The notes beneath the pieces are model-generated. The model ran no database searches. It had not been told where the DNA came from and saw only the letters and a program-made list of their open reading frames with translations. This document shows, in pieces, positions 35,027 to 45,654 of a DNA stretch of 64,000 nucleotides; the first letter of the stretch is position 1; each line of letters opens with the position of its first letter. Location: positions 26,093-90,092 of the forward strand of contig CAVFCI010000001.1 of assembly GCA_963620985.1 (NCBI GenBank), in the 5' to 3' direction. Position numbers and translations under genes: made by a program. Origin of the DNA: Hallerella sp. (GTDB lineage: Bacteria; Bacillota; Clostridia; Oscillospirales; Oscillospiraceae).

Positions 35027-36331
35027 ATGGAAAAATACGTCATAAACGGTGGAAAACCGCTTCAGGGCGAGGTAGATATAAGCGGAGCAAAGAACGCGGC
35101 GGTCGCTATAATTCCGGCGGCGCTGATGGTGGACGGTGTCTGCCGCATAGAAAATATGCCGCAGATCAGCGATACGGATATGCTTCTGACGATACTGTCT
35201 CAGCTCGGAGCCGAGGTCAGGATGATCTGCCCCGGCACTATAGAGATAGACAGCCGCAATGTCCATTTCTGCGACGCTCCTTTTGAGCTCATGCGCAAGA
35301 TCCGCGCCTCGTATTATCTCATCGGCGCGATGCTCGGCAGATTCGGCAGCGCAAAGACTACCATGCCCGGCGGCTGCAACTTCGGCGTTCGTCCCATCGA
35401 CCAGCATATAAAGGGCATGACGGCGCTCGGCGCGGAGGTCGATGTCCGCAATGGCTTTGTCTATGCCGAGGCATCAGACGGCAAGCTGCACGGCGCGAAG
35501 ATATACCTCGATAAGGTCTCCGTCGGCGCAACGATGAATATCATCCTGGCGGCGACCATGGCAAGCGGCAGAACGATAATCGAAAACGCGGCAAGAGAGC
35601 CGCATATAGTAGACCTTGCAAACTTCCTCAACTCCATGGGCGCGGATGTGCGCGGCGCGGGCACGGATACCGTCAAGGTAAACGGTGTTGAGCGCCTGCA
35701 CGGCGGCAGCTACTCCATTATCCCCGACCAGATCGAGGCAGGGACATACATGGTAGCGGCAGCGGCCACCGGCGGCGAGGTGCTCGTCAGGAATGTCATT
35801 CCCAAGCATCTGGAGTGCATTTCAGCCAAGCTGCGCGAGACCGGCACTATAGTTCAGGAGTATGAGGACTCTGTCCTCGTCAAGGGCAACGGACACCTGC
35901 GCAAGGCAAATGTGAAGACCCTGCCATATCCCGGCTTTCCGACGGATATGCAGCCGCAGATGGGGGCGCTTCTTTGCATGGCAAACGGCACGAGCGTCAT
36001 AACCGAGGGCATTTACGATAACCGTTTTAAATATGTAAACGAGCTGCGCAAGATGGGCGCGGATATTCAGGTTGACGGACGCATAGCCATTTTTGAGGGC
36101 GGCGCGAAGCTCACTGGAGCTCCCGTCATGGCCTGCGACCTCAGAGCGGGCGCGGCAATGGTCATTGCCGGTCTGTGCGCCAGCGGCAAGACAGAGATAG
36201 AGGATATACATTTTATCGAGCGCGGCTATGAAAACTTCGTCGGAAAGCTCAGAAAGCTCGGCGCGGACATCAGCATCGTCACATATCCCGACGAGCCGGA
36301 GCTGCGCGAAAAAGTAATATCGGTGGGATAA
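35027..36331 (+). CDS. murA: UDP-N-acetylglucosamine 1-carboxyvinyltransferase
   Basis: INGGKPLQGEVDISGAKNAAVAIIPAAL N-terminus, the active-site loop Cys in the PGGCNFGVRPID segment (MurA consensus GGCAIGxRPxD), and GFPTDMQ. Start taken at MEKYV. Confidence 0.9.
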   Translation: MEKYVINGGKPLQGEVDISGAKNAAVAIIPAALMVDGVCRIENMPQISDTDMLLTILSQLGAEVRMICPGTIEIDSRNVHFCDAPFELMRKIRASYYLIGAMLGRFGSAKTTMPGGCNFGVRPIDQHIKGMTALGAEVDVRNGFVYAEASDGKLHGAKIYLDKVSVGATMNIILAATMASGRTIIENAAREPHIVDLANFLNSMGADVRGAGTDTVKVNGVERLHGGSYSIIPDQIEAGTYMVAAAATGGEVLVRNVIPKHLECISAKLRETGTIVQEYEDSVLVKGNGHLRKANVKTLPYPGFPTDMQPQMGALLCMANGTSVITEGIYDNRFKYVNELRKMGADIQVDGRIAIFEGGAKLTGAPVMACDLRAGAAMVIAGLCASGKTEIEDIHFIERGYENFVGKLRKLGADISIVTYPDEPELREKVISVG

Positions 36332-36338
36332 ACAAAAT

Positions 36339-37124
36339 ATGCGTATAGTGACTTTTGCCAGCGGCTCTTCGGGCAATTGCAGCCTCGTTTCTGAGGGCAA
36401 AGCGAATATACTTATAGATGCGGGGATATCCATGCGCAGAACGCTTGCCGCTCTTGCGCAGCTCGGACTTACTCCGCAGGATCTGTGCGGAGTGCTCATA
36501 ACCCATGAGCACTCCGATCATATTTCGGGGCTTTCGATGCTCATAAAGCATCATGACCTTAGTGTGTTCGCGCCAAAGCCTCTCTGCGAGGAGCTCTGCC
36601 GCTTAAAGCCGGATATAAAACATGATTTGAATAACATACCCGAGGACGACAAATTTGAGCTCGGCGGTATTGAGCTCGGCTGCTTTAAAACTATGCATGA
36701 CGCGGCCTACAGCGTCGGCTACCGCTTCGAGGGCGAACAGACGCTCGGCTTTGCGACAGATACCGGCAGCATAAACGATGAGCTTCTGGAAGGACTCGAG
36801 GGAGCGCAGCTTGCGCTTATCGAGGCAAACCATGATATACAAATGCTCAAAAACGGACCTTATCCGTACTTTCTGAAAAGCAGGATACTTGCTCCCACAG
36901 GACATTTATCCAATGACGACAGCGCCTTGCTTGCAAATTATCTTGCATCTCACGGCGCAAGGCATATAATATTAGGGCACTTGAGCCGCGATAACGACAC
37001 GCCCGAGCTTGCTCTCGGAGCGGTCAGATCGGCGGTTTCGAGCGAAAATGTGCAAATTAGTGTCGCTCCGGCAAATAATATGCTTGCAGTGGAGGCATGT
37101 GAGAGGGTACAATGCTCAATATAA
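36339..37124 (+). CDS. MBL-fold metallo-hydrolase (YycJ/WalJ-like)
   Basis: HxHxDH motif ITHEHSDH and an N-terminal GSSGNC segment. Confidence 0.8.
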   Translation: MRIVTFASGSSGNCSLVSEGKANILIDAGISMRRTLAALAQLGLTPQDLCGVLITHEHSDHISGLSMLIKHHDLSVFAPKPLCEELCRLKPDIKHDLNNIPEDDKFELGGIELGCFKTMHDAAYSVGYRFEGEQTLGFATDTGSINDELLEGLEGAQLALIEANHDIQMLKNGPYPYFLKSRILAPTGHLSNDDSALLANYLASHGARHIILGHLSRDNDTPELALGAVRSAVSSENVQISVAPANNMLAVEACERVQCSI

Positions 37125-37594
37125 GGATAGTGTGCGTCGGAAGGCTCAGGGAGCAGTTTTACATAGATGCGTTCAACGAATACTCAAAGCGCCTGTCGGC
37201 CTGCTGCAAGCTTGAATGCATAGAGCTGAGTGAAACAAAGCTGGGCTCCTCGCCGTCAGATAAGGAGATAGCCGCGGCGCTGGATAAGGAAGCGGCGGAG
37301 ATAGAGCGCACTCTCGGCAGGGATGCCTATGTCATCGCCATGTGCGTCGAAGGCAGGCAGCTTAAAAGCGAGGCCTTCGCGCAGAGGATAAGCTCCCTTG
37401 CCGTGTCCGGCAGGGGAAGGCTGTGCTTTGTCATCGGCGGCTCGTTCGGCCTGTCGCCGAGAATAAAGCAGCGGGCGGACATGCGCCTGAGCATGAGTGA
37501 AATGACCTTTCCGCATCACCTTGCGCGGGTCATGCTCGCAGAGCAGCTCTATCGCGCCTTCAAGATAATCGAGGGCTCGAAATATCACAAATAA
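37112..37594 (+). CDS. rlmH: 23S rRNA (pseudouridine1915-N3)-methyltransferase
   Basis: 160-aa SPOUT protein with the FVIGGSFGLS and LSMSEMTFPHHLARVML motifs. Confidence 0.9.
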   Translation: MLNIRIVCVGRLREQFYIDAFNEYSKRLSACCKLECIELSETKLGSSPSDKEIAAALDKEAAEIERTLGRDAYVIAMCVEGRQLKSEAFAQRISSLAVSGRGRLCFVIGGSFGLSPRIKQRADMRLSMSEMTFPHHLARVMLAEQLYRAFKIIEGSKYHK

Positions 37595-37605
37595 CGGAGG
37601 GAACA

Positions 37606-37929
37606 ATGGACGGAAAAGCAAGGCCCGAATGGGGCAGACGTATGACCGGCGAGCTTCTGAAGAAGTGGCCTAAGGACGAAAACGGCGAGCCGGTCGAGCC
37701 GGTTTTTCTTATTCACTGCAAGTGCCTTGACATCAACGATGAAATGATAGTAAACTTACTTGAGGCGTATGGTATCCCGTGCATCAGGCAGTATCCGAAC
37801 GACGGCGACTTTGGCCGCCTCATCCTCGGAACGAGCGGCACGGGCGTTGAGATATATGTTCCGAAGACAATGTACGAGGACGCTGTCAATTTAAGTGAAG
37901 GGAGCGCAGAATATGACGAGAAATTATAA
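37606..37929 (+). CDS. Hypothetical small protein
   Basis: 107-aa ORF with a GGAGGG RBS. No motif confidently recognised. Confidence 0.4.
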   Translation: MDGKARPEWGRRMTGELLKKWPKDENGEPVEPVFLIHCKCLDINDEMIVNLLEAYGIPCIRQYPNDGDFGRLILGTSGTGVEIYVPKTMYEDAVNLSEGSAEYDEKL

Positions 37930-39643
37930 GGAAGAATATCAGAAGTGGCTGGACAGCCCCGCACTGAGCGAATCCGAGTGGGAGGAGCTCAACTCCATAG
38001 CAGACGACGAAAAGGAGATCGAAAGCCGCTTTTTCGCGCCGCTCGAGTTCGGCACTGCCGGACTGCGCGGAACGATGAAGCTCGGTCTGCATCAGATGAA
38101 CGTCCATATCATCCGCCATGCGACTCAGGCCTTTGCAAACGTCATCAAGGCCGAGGGTGAGGACGCAATGAAAAAGGGCATAGCCATATGCTTTGACTGC
38201 CGCAACAACAGCGAGCTGTTCGCGCATGAGGCCGCCTGCGTCATGGCCGCAAACGGCATCCATGTCCGCATTTTTGACGCTCTGCGTCCCACGCCGGAGC
38301 TGAGCTTTGCCGTGCGCTATTACGGGACGACGGCGGGGCTGAACATAACCGCGTCGCACAATCCCAAGGAGTATAACGGCTATAAGGTCTATTGGTCCGA
38401 CGGTGCGCAGCTTCCGCCGCAGCACGCCGAGGCTATCGCGGAGCAGATGAGCAGGATAGATATATTCGATGATTTCGTCAGCTGCGATTTTGACGAGGCT
38501 CTCGCGCAGGGGAAGATGGAAATGATAGGCAGCGAGACCGACGAGGCGTACCTTGAGCGGGTGCTCGGACAGGCGATCAACAAGACTGTCGTCGCAAAAA
38601 CCGCGCCGGAGCTCAGGATCGTCTACACGCCCTTCCACGGAGCCGGTCACAGGCTTGTCCCCGAGGCGCTGCACCGTCTGGGCATAACTCAGCTTTACCC
38701 CGTGCCCGAGCAGATGGTCATCGACGGCAATTTCCCCACGGTCGAAAGCCCCAATCCCGAAAATCCGGAGGGCTTTTATCTCGCGGTCGATCTCGCCAAA
38801 AAGGTCGGCAGCGACCTTATAATAGGAACAGACCCCGATTCCGACCGCATCGGCGTAATGGTGCGCTCGGGCGAGGACTATGTGTCCATCACCGGCAACC
38901 AGCTCGGCGTTCTGCTGCTCGACTATGTCATAAGCGCGCGCCGTGCAGCAGGCGCCCTGCCGGAGAACGCTGGAGCACTCAAGAGCATCGTCACCACCGA
39001 AATGGCAAAGACCGTCGCCGAAGCAAACGGCGTGCATTTTGAGGACACCTTTACGGGCTTCAAGTTCATGGCCGAGCGTATCGCCCAGTGGGAAAAGGCC
39101 GGAAGCTATAAATACATCTTCGCCTTTGAGGAGAGCTACGGCTATATGATGGGCGACTATGTCCGCGATAAGGACGCTGTCACGGCTTCCATGATGGTCG
39201 CGGAGATGGCGGCTTACTATTACGACAAGGGCATGAACCTCAGTCAGGCGATGGAGAGCCTGTACGAAAAGTACGGACGCTACGCCGAAAAGACCCTGAA
39301 CCTCGTCATGCCCGGCCTCGACGGTCTTGCCAAAATGAAAAACCTCATGGCAGAGCTGCGCGGAAACCCGCCCAAGCAGATAGCAGGCGTTGAGGTGTTC
39401 AGGCTGCGCGATTATTCCGACGGCAGCATAAAGGTCCCCGAGCTCGGCGTTATGGGTCAGACCCCGATAAAGGGCTCGAACGTTCTGTACTTTGAGCTTG
39501 CCGACGCGACGAGCTTTATCGTCCGTCCCTCCGGCACAGAGCCCAAGGTCAAAGTCTATATCCTCTGCAAGGGCGCGGATAAGGCCGAATGCGACGCAAA
39601 GCTCGCAAAATATTCCGAATATGCAGAAGGCCTGAGAAAATGA
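37913..39643 (+). CDS. Phospho-sugar mutase (alpha-D-phosphohexomutase family)
   Basis: Active-site TASHNPKEYNGYK and metal loop GTDPDSDR. Start taken at MTRNYKEEY. Confidence 0.85.
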   Translation: MTRNYKEEYQKWLDSPALSESEWEELNSIADDEKEIESRFFAPLEFGTAGLRGTMKLGLHQMNVHIIRHATQAFANVIKAEGEDAMKKGIAICFDCRNNSELFAHEAACVMAANGIHVRIFDALRPTPELSFAVRYYGTTAGLNITASHNPKEYNGYKVYWSDGAQLPPQHAEAIAEQMSRIDIFDDFVSCDFDEALAQGKMEMIGSETDEAYLERVLGQAINKTVVAKTAPELRIVYTPFHGAGHRLVPEALHRLGITQLYPVPEQMVIDGNFPTVESPNPENPEGFYLAVDLAKKVGSDLIIGTDPDSDRIGVMVRSGEDYVSITGNQLGVLLLDYVISARRAAGALPENAGALKSIVTTEMAKTVAEANGVHFEDTFTGFKFMAERIAQWEKAGSYKYIFAFEESYGYMMGDYVRDKDAVTASMMVAEMAAYYYDKGMNLSQAMESLYEKYGRYAEKTLNLVMPGLDGLAKMKNLMAELRGNPPKQIAGVEVFRLRDYSDGSIKVPELGVMGQTPIKGSNVLYFELADATSFIVRPSGTEPKVKVYILCKGADKAECDAKLAKYSEYAEGLRK

Positions 39644-40194
39644 AGGATAAAATAAGTCAGCTCTTTAAACTGTTCTGCACCTTTGCCGTGGTAGGCGTTA
39701 CGACCTTCGGCGGCGGCTACGCGATGCTGCCGGCGCTGCAGCGCGAGGTCGTCGAAAAGCGCGGCTGGGCTGACGACGAGGAGATCATGGACTGGTACGC
39801 AATCGGCCAGTGTACGCCCGGCGTTATCGCGGTCAATACCGCGACCTTTGTCGGACAGAAGCAGGCCGGCGTTATCGGCGGCATAGTCGCAACGCTCGGC
39901 GTTGTGTTCCCCTCGCTTGTCATCATAACGATCATCGCGGCGTTCATCCAGAACTTTGCGCACCTTCCCGCGGTGCAGAGCGCCTTTGCCGGTATCCGCG
40001 TGTGCGTGTGCGTGCTTATCCTCAACGCGGTCGTGAAGCTGTGGAAAAAATCCGTTATCGACTGGAAAACGCTCCTTATATTCATAGCGGTGTTCCTGTG
40101 CAGCGTGCTTCTGGATATCTCGCCGGTCATTTATGTCATTTTGGCGGCGCTTGCCGGTATAGTAATAAAGGAACTGGAGGCGCGTAAGGCATGA
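39640..40194 (+). CDS. Chromate transporter family protein (half-size ChrA)
   Basis: FGGGYAMLP motif. ATGA overlap with the upstream stop. Confidence 0.8.
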   Translation: MKDKISQLFKLFCTFAVVGVTTFGGGYAMLPALQREVVEKRGWADDEEIMDWYAIGQCTPGVIAVNTATFVGQKQAGVIGGIVATLGVVFPSLVIITIIAAFIQNFAHLPAVQSAFAGIRVCVCVLILNAVVKLWKKSVIDWKTLLIFIAVFLCSVLLDISPVIYVILAALAGIVIKELEARKA

Positions 40195-40763
40195 TATATC
40201 TGCGCCTGTTCTGGGAGTTTTTCAAAACCGGCCTCTTCGCCGTCGGCGGCGGACTGGCAACGCTTCCGTTTATCTATGATATGTCCGACCGCATGGGCTG
40301 GTTTACCTATCAGCAGATAGCGGACATGATCGCAATATCCGAGTCAACGCCGGGTCCTATCGGCGTAAACACCGCAACCTATGTCGGCTATATAACCGGC
40401 GGCCTGCCCGGTGCGGTCATTGCAACGCTCGGGCTTGTAACACCGGCGATCATCATCATACTCATCATTGCCACCTGCCTTAAAAAATTCAGGGAGAACC
40501 GCTTTGTGGACAGCGCCTTTTACGGCCTGCGCCCCGCCTCTGCCGGGCTTATCGCCGCAGCGGGCTTTTCTGTGGTGCTCATAGCGCTCGTGCAGGTGGA
40601 CGCCTTCAAGGCAAGCGGAAGCCTCCTCGACCTGTTTTCGTGGAAGGGACTGCTGCTCGCAGCGGTGATATGGGTGCTCACGAATCTCGTGAAGAAAACA
40701 AAGGATCTGCACCCGATATTCTATATCGCGGCCTCAGCCGTTGCCGGAATACTGTTCTTTTAA
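40191..40763 (+). CDS. Chromate transporter family protein (half-size ChrA, second unit)
   Basis: FAVGGGLATLPF motif. Overlaps the preceding half-size gene. Confidence 0.8.
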   Translation: MIYLRLFWEFFKTGLFAVGGGLATLPFIYDMSDRMGWFTYQQIADMIAISESTPGPIGVNTATYVGYITGGLPGAVIATLGLVTPAIIIILIIATCLKKFRENRFVDSAFYGLRPASAGLIAAAGFSVVLIALVQVDAFKASGSLLDLFSWKGLLLAAVIWVLTNLVKKTKDLHPIFYIAASAVAGILFF

Positions 40764-41716
40764 AATATTACAGCCGCGCCGAGCAGCGCCATAGCCGCAG
40801 CGGTAAGCGCAAGGCAAAACCGTCCGATCATGTATCGGGCGGTTTTTATATCCGTTCCGGCAGTTATGGCAAGGGTCTGGAAATGGACGGACAGCCCGCC
40901 CCATGAGAGGATAAACGCGGCAAGCGCGAGATTAAGCGGGCTCATGCCGAGCCCCGCCATGCTGCCGATGCCGTTTCCGAGCTCAAGCATACCGGCCAGC
41001 AGCGCACGGCAGAAGCCAAGCTCCGCTCCGAGCCGGTACGACAGCTCGCCTGCCGATATACGCATTATATCCATGCCGTCGAGCACACCGCTGAGGGCGG
41101 AGAACGCAAGTATGAAGGAGCACACGCCGAGAACGGAGTCGGCAGAGCGCTTTACCGAGGCCGTGAACGCCGCCGAAAAGCTCACGGGCGAGAAAATATC
41201 TCCGTCATAGCAGACATCGCAGGGCGCTTTGGGGCTGATGATAAGCCCGAGGATGAGCGCCGCGAGGATGTGAACGGCATACAAAAAGAAGCCGGCGGCA
41301 GCGGAGGAGAACACGCCTATACCGGCAGCGCCGACAATGAACGCAGGGCCTGAGTTGTTGCAGAATACGATAAGCCGCGATGCCTCGCCGCGGCCTATGA
41401 GACCATGAGCGCGCAGCTGCGCGATATATGCCGCGCCCAGCGGATAGCCGCCGGTCAGACCGATAATAAAGGCCGTCACGCCGAAGCCCGATATGCCGAG
41501 CCTTGCCCCGAGCGGCGCGAGCGCGTTGGATATGAGCCTTGCCGCGCCCAGCTCGTTTAAGAGATTTACCGCGATGAAAAACGGGAGCAGCGAGGGGATT
41601 ATCATCTGTGCACACATGGCAAGACCGTCTCTCACGGCCTCGGCTGCGGCCTGCGGAAAGCTCAGCAGCGCGGCGAAGGCGGCGAGAGCTGCAAGAATAT
41701 ACAGCGCCTTTTTCAA
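40760..41716 (-). CDS. ylbJ: Sporulation integral membrane protein YlbJ
   Basis: 318-aa polytopic protein with an N-terminal AVRDGLAMCAQMIIPSLLPFF segment typical of YlbJ (nucleoside-recognition-domain family). Confidence 0.7.
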   Translation of the reverse strand: MKKALYILAALAAFAALLSFPQAAAEAVRDGLAMCAQMIIPSLLPFFIAVNLLNELGAARLISNALAPLGARLGISGFGVTAFIIGLTGGYPLGAAYIAQLRAHGLIGRGEASRLIVFCNNSGPAFIVGAAGIGVFSSAAAGFFLYAVHILAALILGLIISPKAPCDVCYDGDIFSPVSFSAAFTASVKRSADSVLGVCSFILAFSALSGVLDGMDIMRISAGELSYRLGAELGFCRALLAGMLELGNGIGSMAGLGMSPLNLALAAFILSWGGLSVHFQTLAITAGTDIKTARYMIGRFCLALTAAAMALLGAAVIF

Positions 41717-41787
41717 GATATCAGCTCCTTGTCCGTGTATTAAGCTATGCCCTCCGGCATAGGTTTAGACTGCGGAGGTGTTGATAT

Positions 41788-42060
41788 ATGAAAGCAAAAC
41801 GGGGCAGTGCCGAGCTGCTTGCCGACAGGCTCGACATTCCGGCCAATGCCTTGGGCAGCATGAAGCTCAGCCTCTGCGGAAGGAGCCGCCTGCTCATAGA
41901 AAACCACGGCGGAATAATAAGCTACGGCGACGCGCTCATAGTGATATGCTGCGGCAAAACGAAGCTCAGCGTGCTCGGCGACGACCTGCGTCTTGAAGCC
42001 ATGAGCGCCGGAGATATGCTCATCTGCGGCAGGATCACGGCGTTGGAGTTTGAAGAATGA
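41788..42060 (+). CDS. yqfC: Sporulation protein YqfC (YabP family)
   Basis: 90-aa ORF (LSLCGRSRLLIENHGGIISY) located upstream of yqfD. Confidence 0.7.
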   Translation: MKAKRGSAELLADRLDIPANALGSMKLSLCGRSRLLIENHGGIISYGDALIVICCGKTKLSVLGDDLRLEAMSAGDMLICGRITALEFEE

Positions 42061-43232
42061 AAAAGCTTTACGATCTTGCACACGGAACGGTCAAGCTTGA
42101 GGCCGGAGGAGCCGAGCCCGAGAGGATACTCAATTTCTGCGCAGAGCATGGCATAGTGTTCTGGGAAGCGAGCCCCTGCGAGGATTTTGCGATAAGCTTC
42201 TGCGCATACAGCTCCGCTCTGCCGCTTATCATGTCGCAGAACGGGAAAAACGGCCTTGAGCTGAAGCTCCTGCACGAAAGGGGCGGAAGGAGGCTTGTGC
42301 TCAGCGCCAGAAGACGGGCGGTGCTCCTAACACTCGGCGTTTTGAGCATAGCTCTTGCCGCGGTGTCCTCGCTGTTTCTGTGGAGCATCGAGATAGAGGG
42401 CAGCGATACGCTCAGCGAGGCGCAGATACTGCGGGTCTTGTCCGAATGCGGCGTTGATTACGGCGCGTTCTGGCCCTCGCTTTCTTCGGACGCGGTACGC
42501 AGCCATGTCGTTGCCGAAATGCCGGAGATCGCGTGGCTGAGCCTGAACGTGCGCTCGTCGCGGGCGCAGGTCGTCATTCACGAGCGCGTGGATAAGCCGG
42601 AGATAGTTAACGAAAAAGCGCCCTGCGATATCGTCGCGGCAAAAAGCGGAGTCATAAGGCGCATGTCCGTTCTCGAGGGCGAGAGCGCGGCGGCTGAGGG
42701 CAGTGCGGTCATAAAGGGCGACGTGCTCGTGCGCGGACTTATGAGCAGCGAAACTGGAGATGCGCGCTATGTGCATTCCATGGCGCAGGTGATCGCCGAT
42801 ACATGGTACGAGATAAGCGCCCAGGCTCCGCTCACGCAGGAGCAAAAGGGCGAAAAGCTGCGCACGGACACCGCATTTTCGCTCGTTATCGGGAAAAAGC
42901 GGATAAATTTTTTCTCTGACAGTAGAAATAAATACACAAGTTGTGATAAAATAAATAAATTAAGGTACATATCCCTCGGCGAGGTGTTCACGCTGCCGGT
43001 CGGATATGCCCTTGAGCGCACGACACAGTACGAAACAAGCACCGTGCCCATCGACGAGGATAAGACCGTTGAGAGGCTGAAGGCAACGCTCGAAGCCGAG
43101 CTTTGGCGGCGTATCGGCGAGGGACAGATCGTCTCGAAAGAGTATACGGTCTCGAAAAGCGAAGGCTTGCTGACTGTGACGCTGCGCGCTCAGTGTACTG
43201 AGAACATTGCCAAGGAGGCAGACTATGATTGA
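42057..43232 (+). CDS. yqfD: Sporulation protein YqfD
   Basis: 391-aa ORF with a central TM helix, a motif like IEIEGSDTLSEAQI, and conserved yqfC-yqfD-phoH order. Confidence 0.7.
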   Translation: MKKLYDLAHGTVKLEAGGAEPERILNFCAEHGIVFWEASPCEDFAISFCAYSSALPLIMSQNGKNGLELKLLHERGGRRLVLSARRRAVLLTLGVLSIALAAVSSLFLWSIEIEGSDTLSEAQILRVLSECGVDYGAFWPSLSSDAVRSHVVAEMPEIAWLSLNVRSSRAQVVIHERVDKPEIVNEKAPCDIVAAKSGVIRRMSVLEGESAAAEGSAVIKGDVLVRGLMSSETGDARYVHSMAQVIADTWYEISAQAPLTQEQKGEKLRTDTAFSLVIGKKRINFFSDSRNKYTSCDKINKLRYISLGEVFTLPVGYALERTTQYETSTVPIDEDKTVERLKATLEAELWRRIGEGQIVSKEYTVSKSEGLLTVTLRAQCTENIAKEADYD

Positions 43233-44229
43233 AAGAACGATAGAGGTCGAAAGAATGGAGCACGTCATAAGCGTGTTCGGCTCGTTTGACCGCAATTTGA
43301 GCATAATCGAGTCCGAGCTCGGAGTGAAGGTGCTCGACCGTGAAAACAGGATACACATCTGCGGCGAGGAGGAGAGCGCCATGCTCGCGGAAAAGGCCAT
43401 AAACGGCCTTCTGACGCTGGCCGCACGGGGCGAGAGCATCGACGCACAGAACGTGCGCTATATCCTCAAGCTCGTGTCGGAGGGCAAGGAATCAAAGATA
43501 AACGAGCTTGCCGGTGATGTTGTGTGCATAACGGCAAAGGGCAAGCCCGTAAAGGCCAAGACGCTCGGACAGAAAAGCTACTGCGACGCTATCGCAAACA
43601 ACACCATAACCCTCGGCATAGGCCCCGCGGGCACGGGCAAGACCTACCTTGCAGTCGCGGCGGCGGTCGCGGCGTTCAGAGCCGAGGAGGTAAACCGCAT
43701 AATCCTGACACGCCCCGCGGTCGAGGCTGGCGAGCGCCTCGGCTTCCTGCCGGGCGATCTGCAAAGCAAGGTTGACCCGTATCTGCGCCCGCTGTACGAT
43801 GCGCTGTTTGATATGCTCGGAGCGGATACCTATCAGAAATACCTCGAGCGCGGCAATATCGAGGTCGCGCCGCTGGCATACATGCGCGGACGCACGCTCG
43901 ACGACAGCTTTATTATCCTCGACGAGGCGCAGAACACCTCGCGTGAGCAGATGAAAATGTTCCTCACGCGCATAGGCTTCGGCTCAAAGGTCGTTATAAC
44001 CGGCGATATCACGCAGATAGACCTGCCCGAGGATAAGGTCAGCGGCCTGAAGATAGCGATGAAGGTGCTCGACGGCATCGAGGATATCTCTATCTGCCGA
44101 CTCACGGGAGCGGATGTCGTGCGGCACAGGCTCGTTCAGAAGATTATCGAGGCATACGAGGTATATGACAAGAAAAATCCGCCCGAGCCCGTCAAAAGAG
44201 CCGGAGCATACAAGAGGAAAAAACAATGA
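43225..44229 (+). CDS. phoH: PhoH-family ATPase
   Basis: Walker A GPAGTGKTYLAV and Walker B FIILDEAQN. AAGGAGG RBS before the ATG at 43225. Confidence 0.9.
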   Translation: MIERTIEVERMEHVISVFGSFDRNLSIIESELGVKVLDRENRIHICGEEESAMLAEKAINGLLTLAARGESIDAQNVRYILKLVSEGKESKINELAGDVVCITAKGKPVKAKTLGQKSYCDAIANNTITLGIGPAGTGKTYLAVAAAVAAFRAEEVNRIILTRPAVEAGERLGFLPGDLQSKVDPYLRPLYDALFDMLGADTYQKYLERGNIEVAPLAYMRGRTLDDSFIILDEAQNTSREQMKMFLTRIGFGSKVVITGDITQIDLPEDKVSGLKIAMKVLDGIEDISICRLTGADVVRHRLVQKIIEAYEVYDKKNPPEPVKRAGAYKRKKQ

Positions 44230-44708
44230 TAAAGCATGAGATATATGTAAGCCGCGAAAAAAGCGGCATGGGACATAATAACGCCGCCGCGCTTATAAAA
44301 AAGGCCGCAGCAAGCGCGCTTGCTGCCGAGGGCGCGGACAGACCCTGCCTTATAAGCGTCATGCTCACGGACAACGAGGGCATACGCGAGATAAACAGGG
44401 ACTTTCGCGGCATAGACGCGGCAACGGACGTGCTGTCGTTTCCCTTAAACGAGCTCAGCCCCGGGAAATTCGACGCATCGCTGTGCGATACCGACCCCTA
44501 CACCGGAGCTGTCATGCTCGGCGACATGATGATATCGCTCGAGCGCTGCGCCGAGCAGGGCGCGGAGCTCGGTCACGGCTTTGACAGGGAAGTGAGCTAC
44601 CTTACGGTGCACAGCGTCCTGCATCTGCTCGGCTACGATCACGTCGATGAGGGCAAAATGAAAAAGCAGATGCGTACAAGAGAAAAAGAAATTATGGGAG
44701 ACATATGA
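44226..44708 (+). CDS. ybeY: rRNA maturation endoribonuclease YbeY
   Basis: Zinc motif HSVLHLLGYDH. Confidence 0.9.
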   Translation: MIKHEIYVSREKSGMGHNNAAALIKKAAASALAAEGADRPCLISVMLTDNEGIREINRDFRGIDAATDVLSFPLNELSPGKFDASLCDTDPYTGAVMLGDMMISLERCAEQGAELGHGFDREVSYLTVHSVLHLLGYDHVDEGKMKKQMRTREKEIMGDI

Positions 44709-44709
44709 C

Positions 44710-45597
44710 ATGATAAGCAAAACAGCAATGATAACGATATGCGGCCGCCCGAACGTCGGCAAATCGACGCTCACGAACGCCCTCGTCGGCGAAAAGATAG
44801 CGATAGTGTCCAATAAGCCGCAGACAACAAGAAACCGCATAAGCGCCGTGGTCAATCGCGGCGATACGCAGTTTGTGATAATCGACACGCCGGGCTTTCA
44901 TAAGCCGAGAACGCGCCTTGGCGACTACATGGTCAACGTCGTCAAGGAAAGCGTCGCCGATGTTGACGCGGTGATGCTGCTTGTCGAGCCCATTGCCAAC
45001 ATAGGCCGTCAGGAGGAGGAGCTCATAGCCCGCATAAAGGAAACCGGCGTTCCGGCGATACTTGTAATAAACAAGATAGACACCGTCGAGAAGACCGAGC
45101 TTCTGGAGGTCATGTCGGCCTACTCCGCGGCGCATGGCTTTGACGCGATAATCCCCATGTCGGCAAAAAACGGCGAGGGACTCGATGAGCTTCTGGCGGA
45201 GCTCGAAAAATACGCGCAGCCCGGCCCGCAGCTTTTCCCCGACGATATGATATGCGACCAGCCGGAAAAGCAGATATGCGCCGAGCTCGTGCGCGAAAAG
45301 CTCCTTTTGTGCCTCGATAAGGAGATACCGCACGGAACAGCCGTCGAGGTAACGCGCTTTACCGAGCGCGATAACGGCATCATTGACCTTGACGTGACCA
45401 TCTACTGCGAAAAGGCCAGCCACAAGGGCATCATCATCGGAAAGCAGGGCGCTATGCTCAAAAGGATCGGTGAGCTTGCACGGCGCGATATCGAGGCCTT
45501 CATGGGAACCAAGGTCTTCCTCCAGACATGGGTAAAGGTCAAGGAAAACTGGCGCGACAGCAGCGCGCAGCTGCGAAACTTCGGCTTTACGGAATAA
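44710..45597 (+). CDS. era: GTPase Era
   Basis: G1 GRPNVGKST, G3 DTPG, G4 NKID, and a C-terminal KH domain. Confidence 0.9.
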   Translation: MISKTAMITICGRPNVGKSTLTNALVGEKIAIVSNKPQTTRNRISAVVNRGDTQFVIIDTPGFHKPRTRLGDYMVNVVKESVADVDAVMLLVEPIANIGRQEEELIARIKETGVPAILVINKIDTVEKTELLEVMSAYSAAHGFDAIIPMSAKNGEGLDELLAELEKYAQPGPQLFPDDMICDQPEKQICAELVREKLLLCLDKEIPHGTAVEVTRFTERDNGIIDLDVTIYCEKASHKGIIIGKQGAMLKRIGELARRDIEAFMGTKVFLQTWVKVKENWRDSSAQLRNFGFTE

Positions 45598-45654
45598 TTA
45601 CCATGCATGATCGCCCGCCGTGCGCCCGATACTGATCGTATCGGAGGTAGCCAT

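Noticed and set aside
39640-40763. Two half-size chromate-transporter ORFs that might be a frameshifted pseudogene.
   Set aside because: Each half has its own start and overlaps the previous stop in operon style, and each carries its own GGG(Y/L)A motif. Paired short ChrA genes are a normal arrangement in Firmicutes.
40760-40763. 4-nt overlap of the convergent stop codons of chrA (second half) and ylbJ.
   Set aside because: This is a trivial consequence of the TTTTAAAA sequence context. There is no evidence of functional significance.
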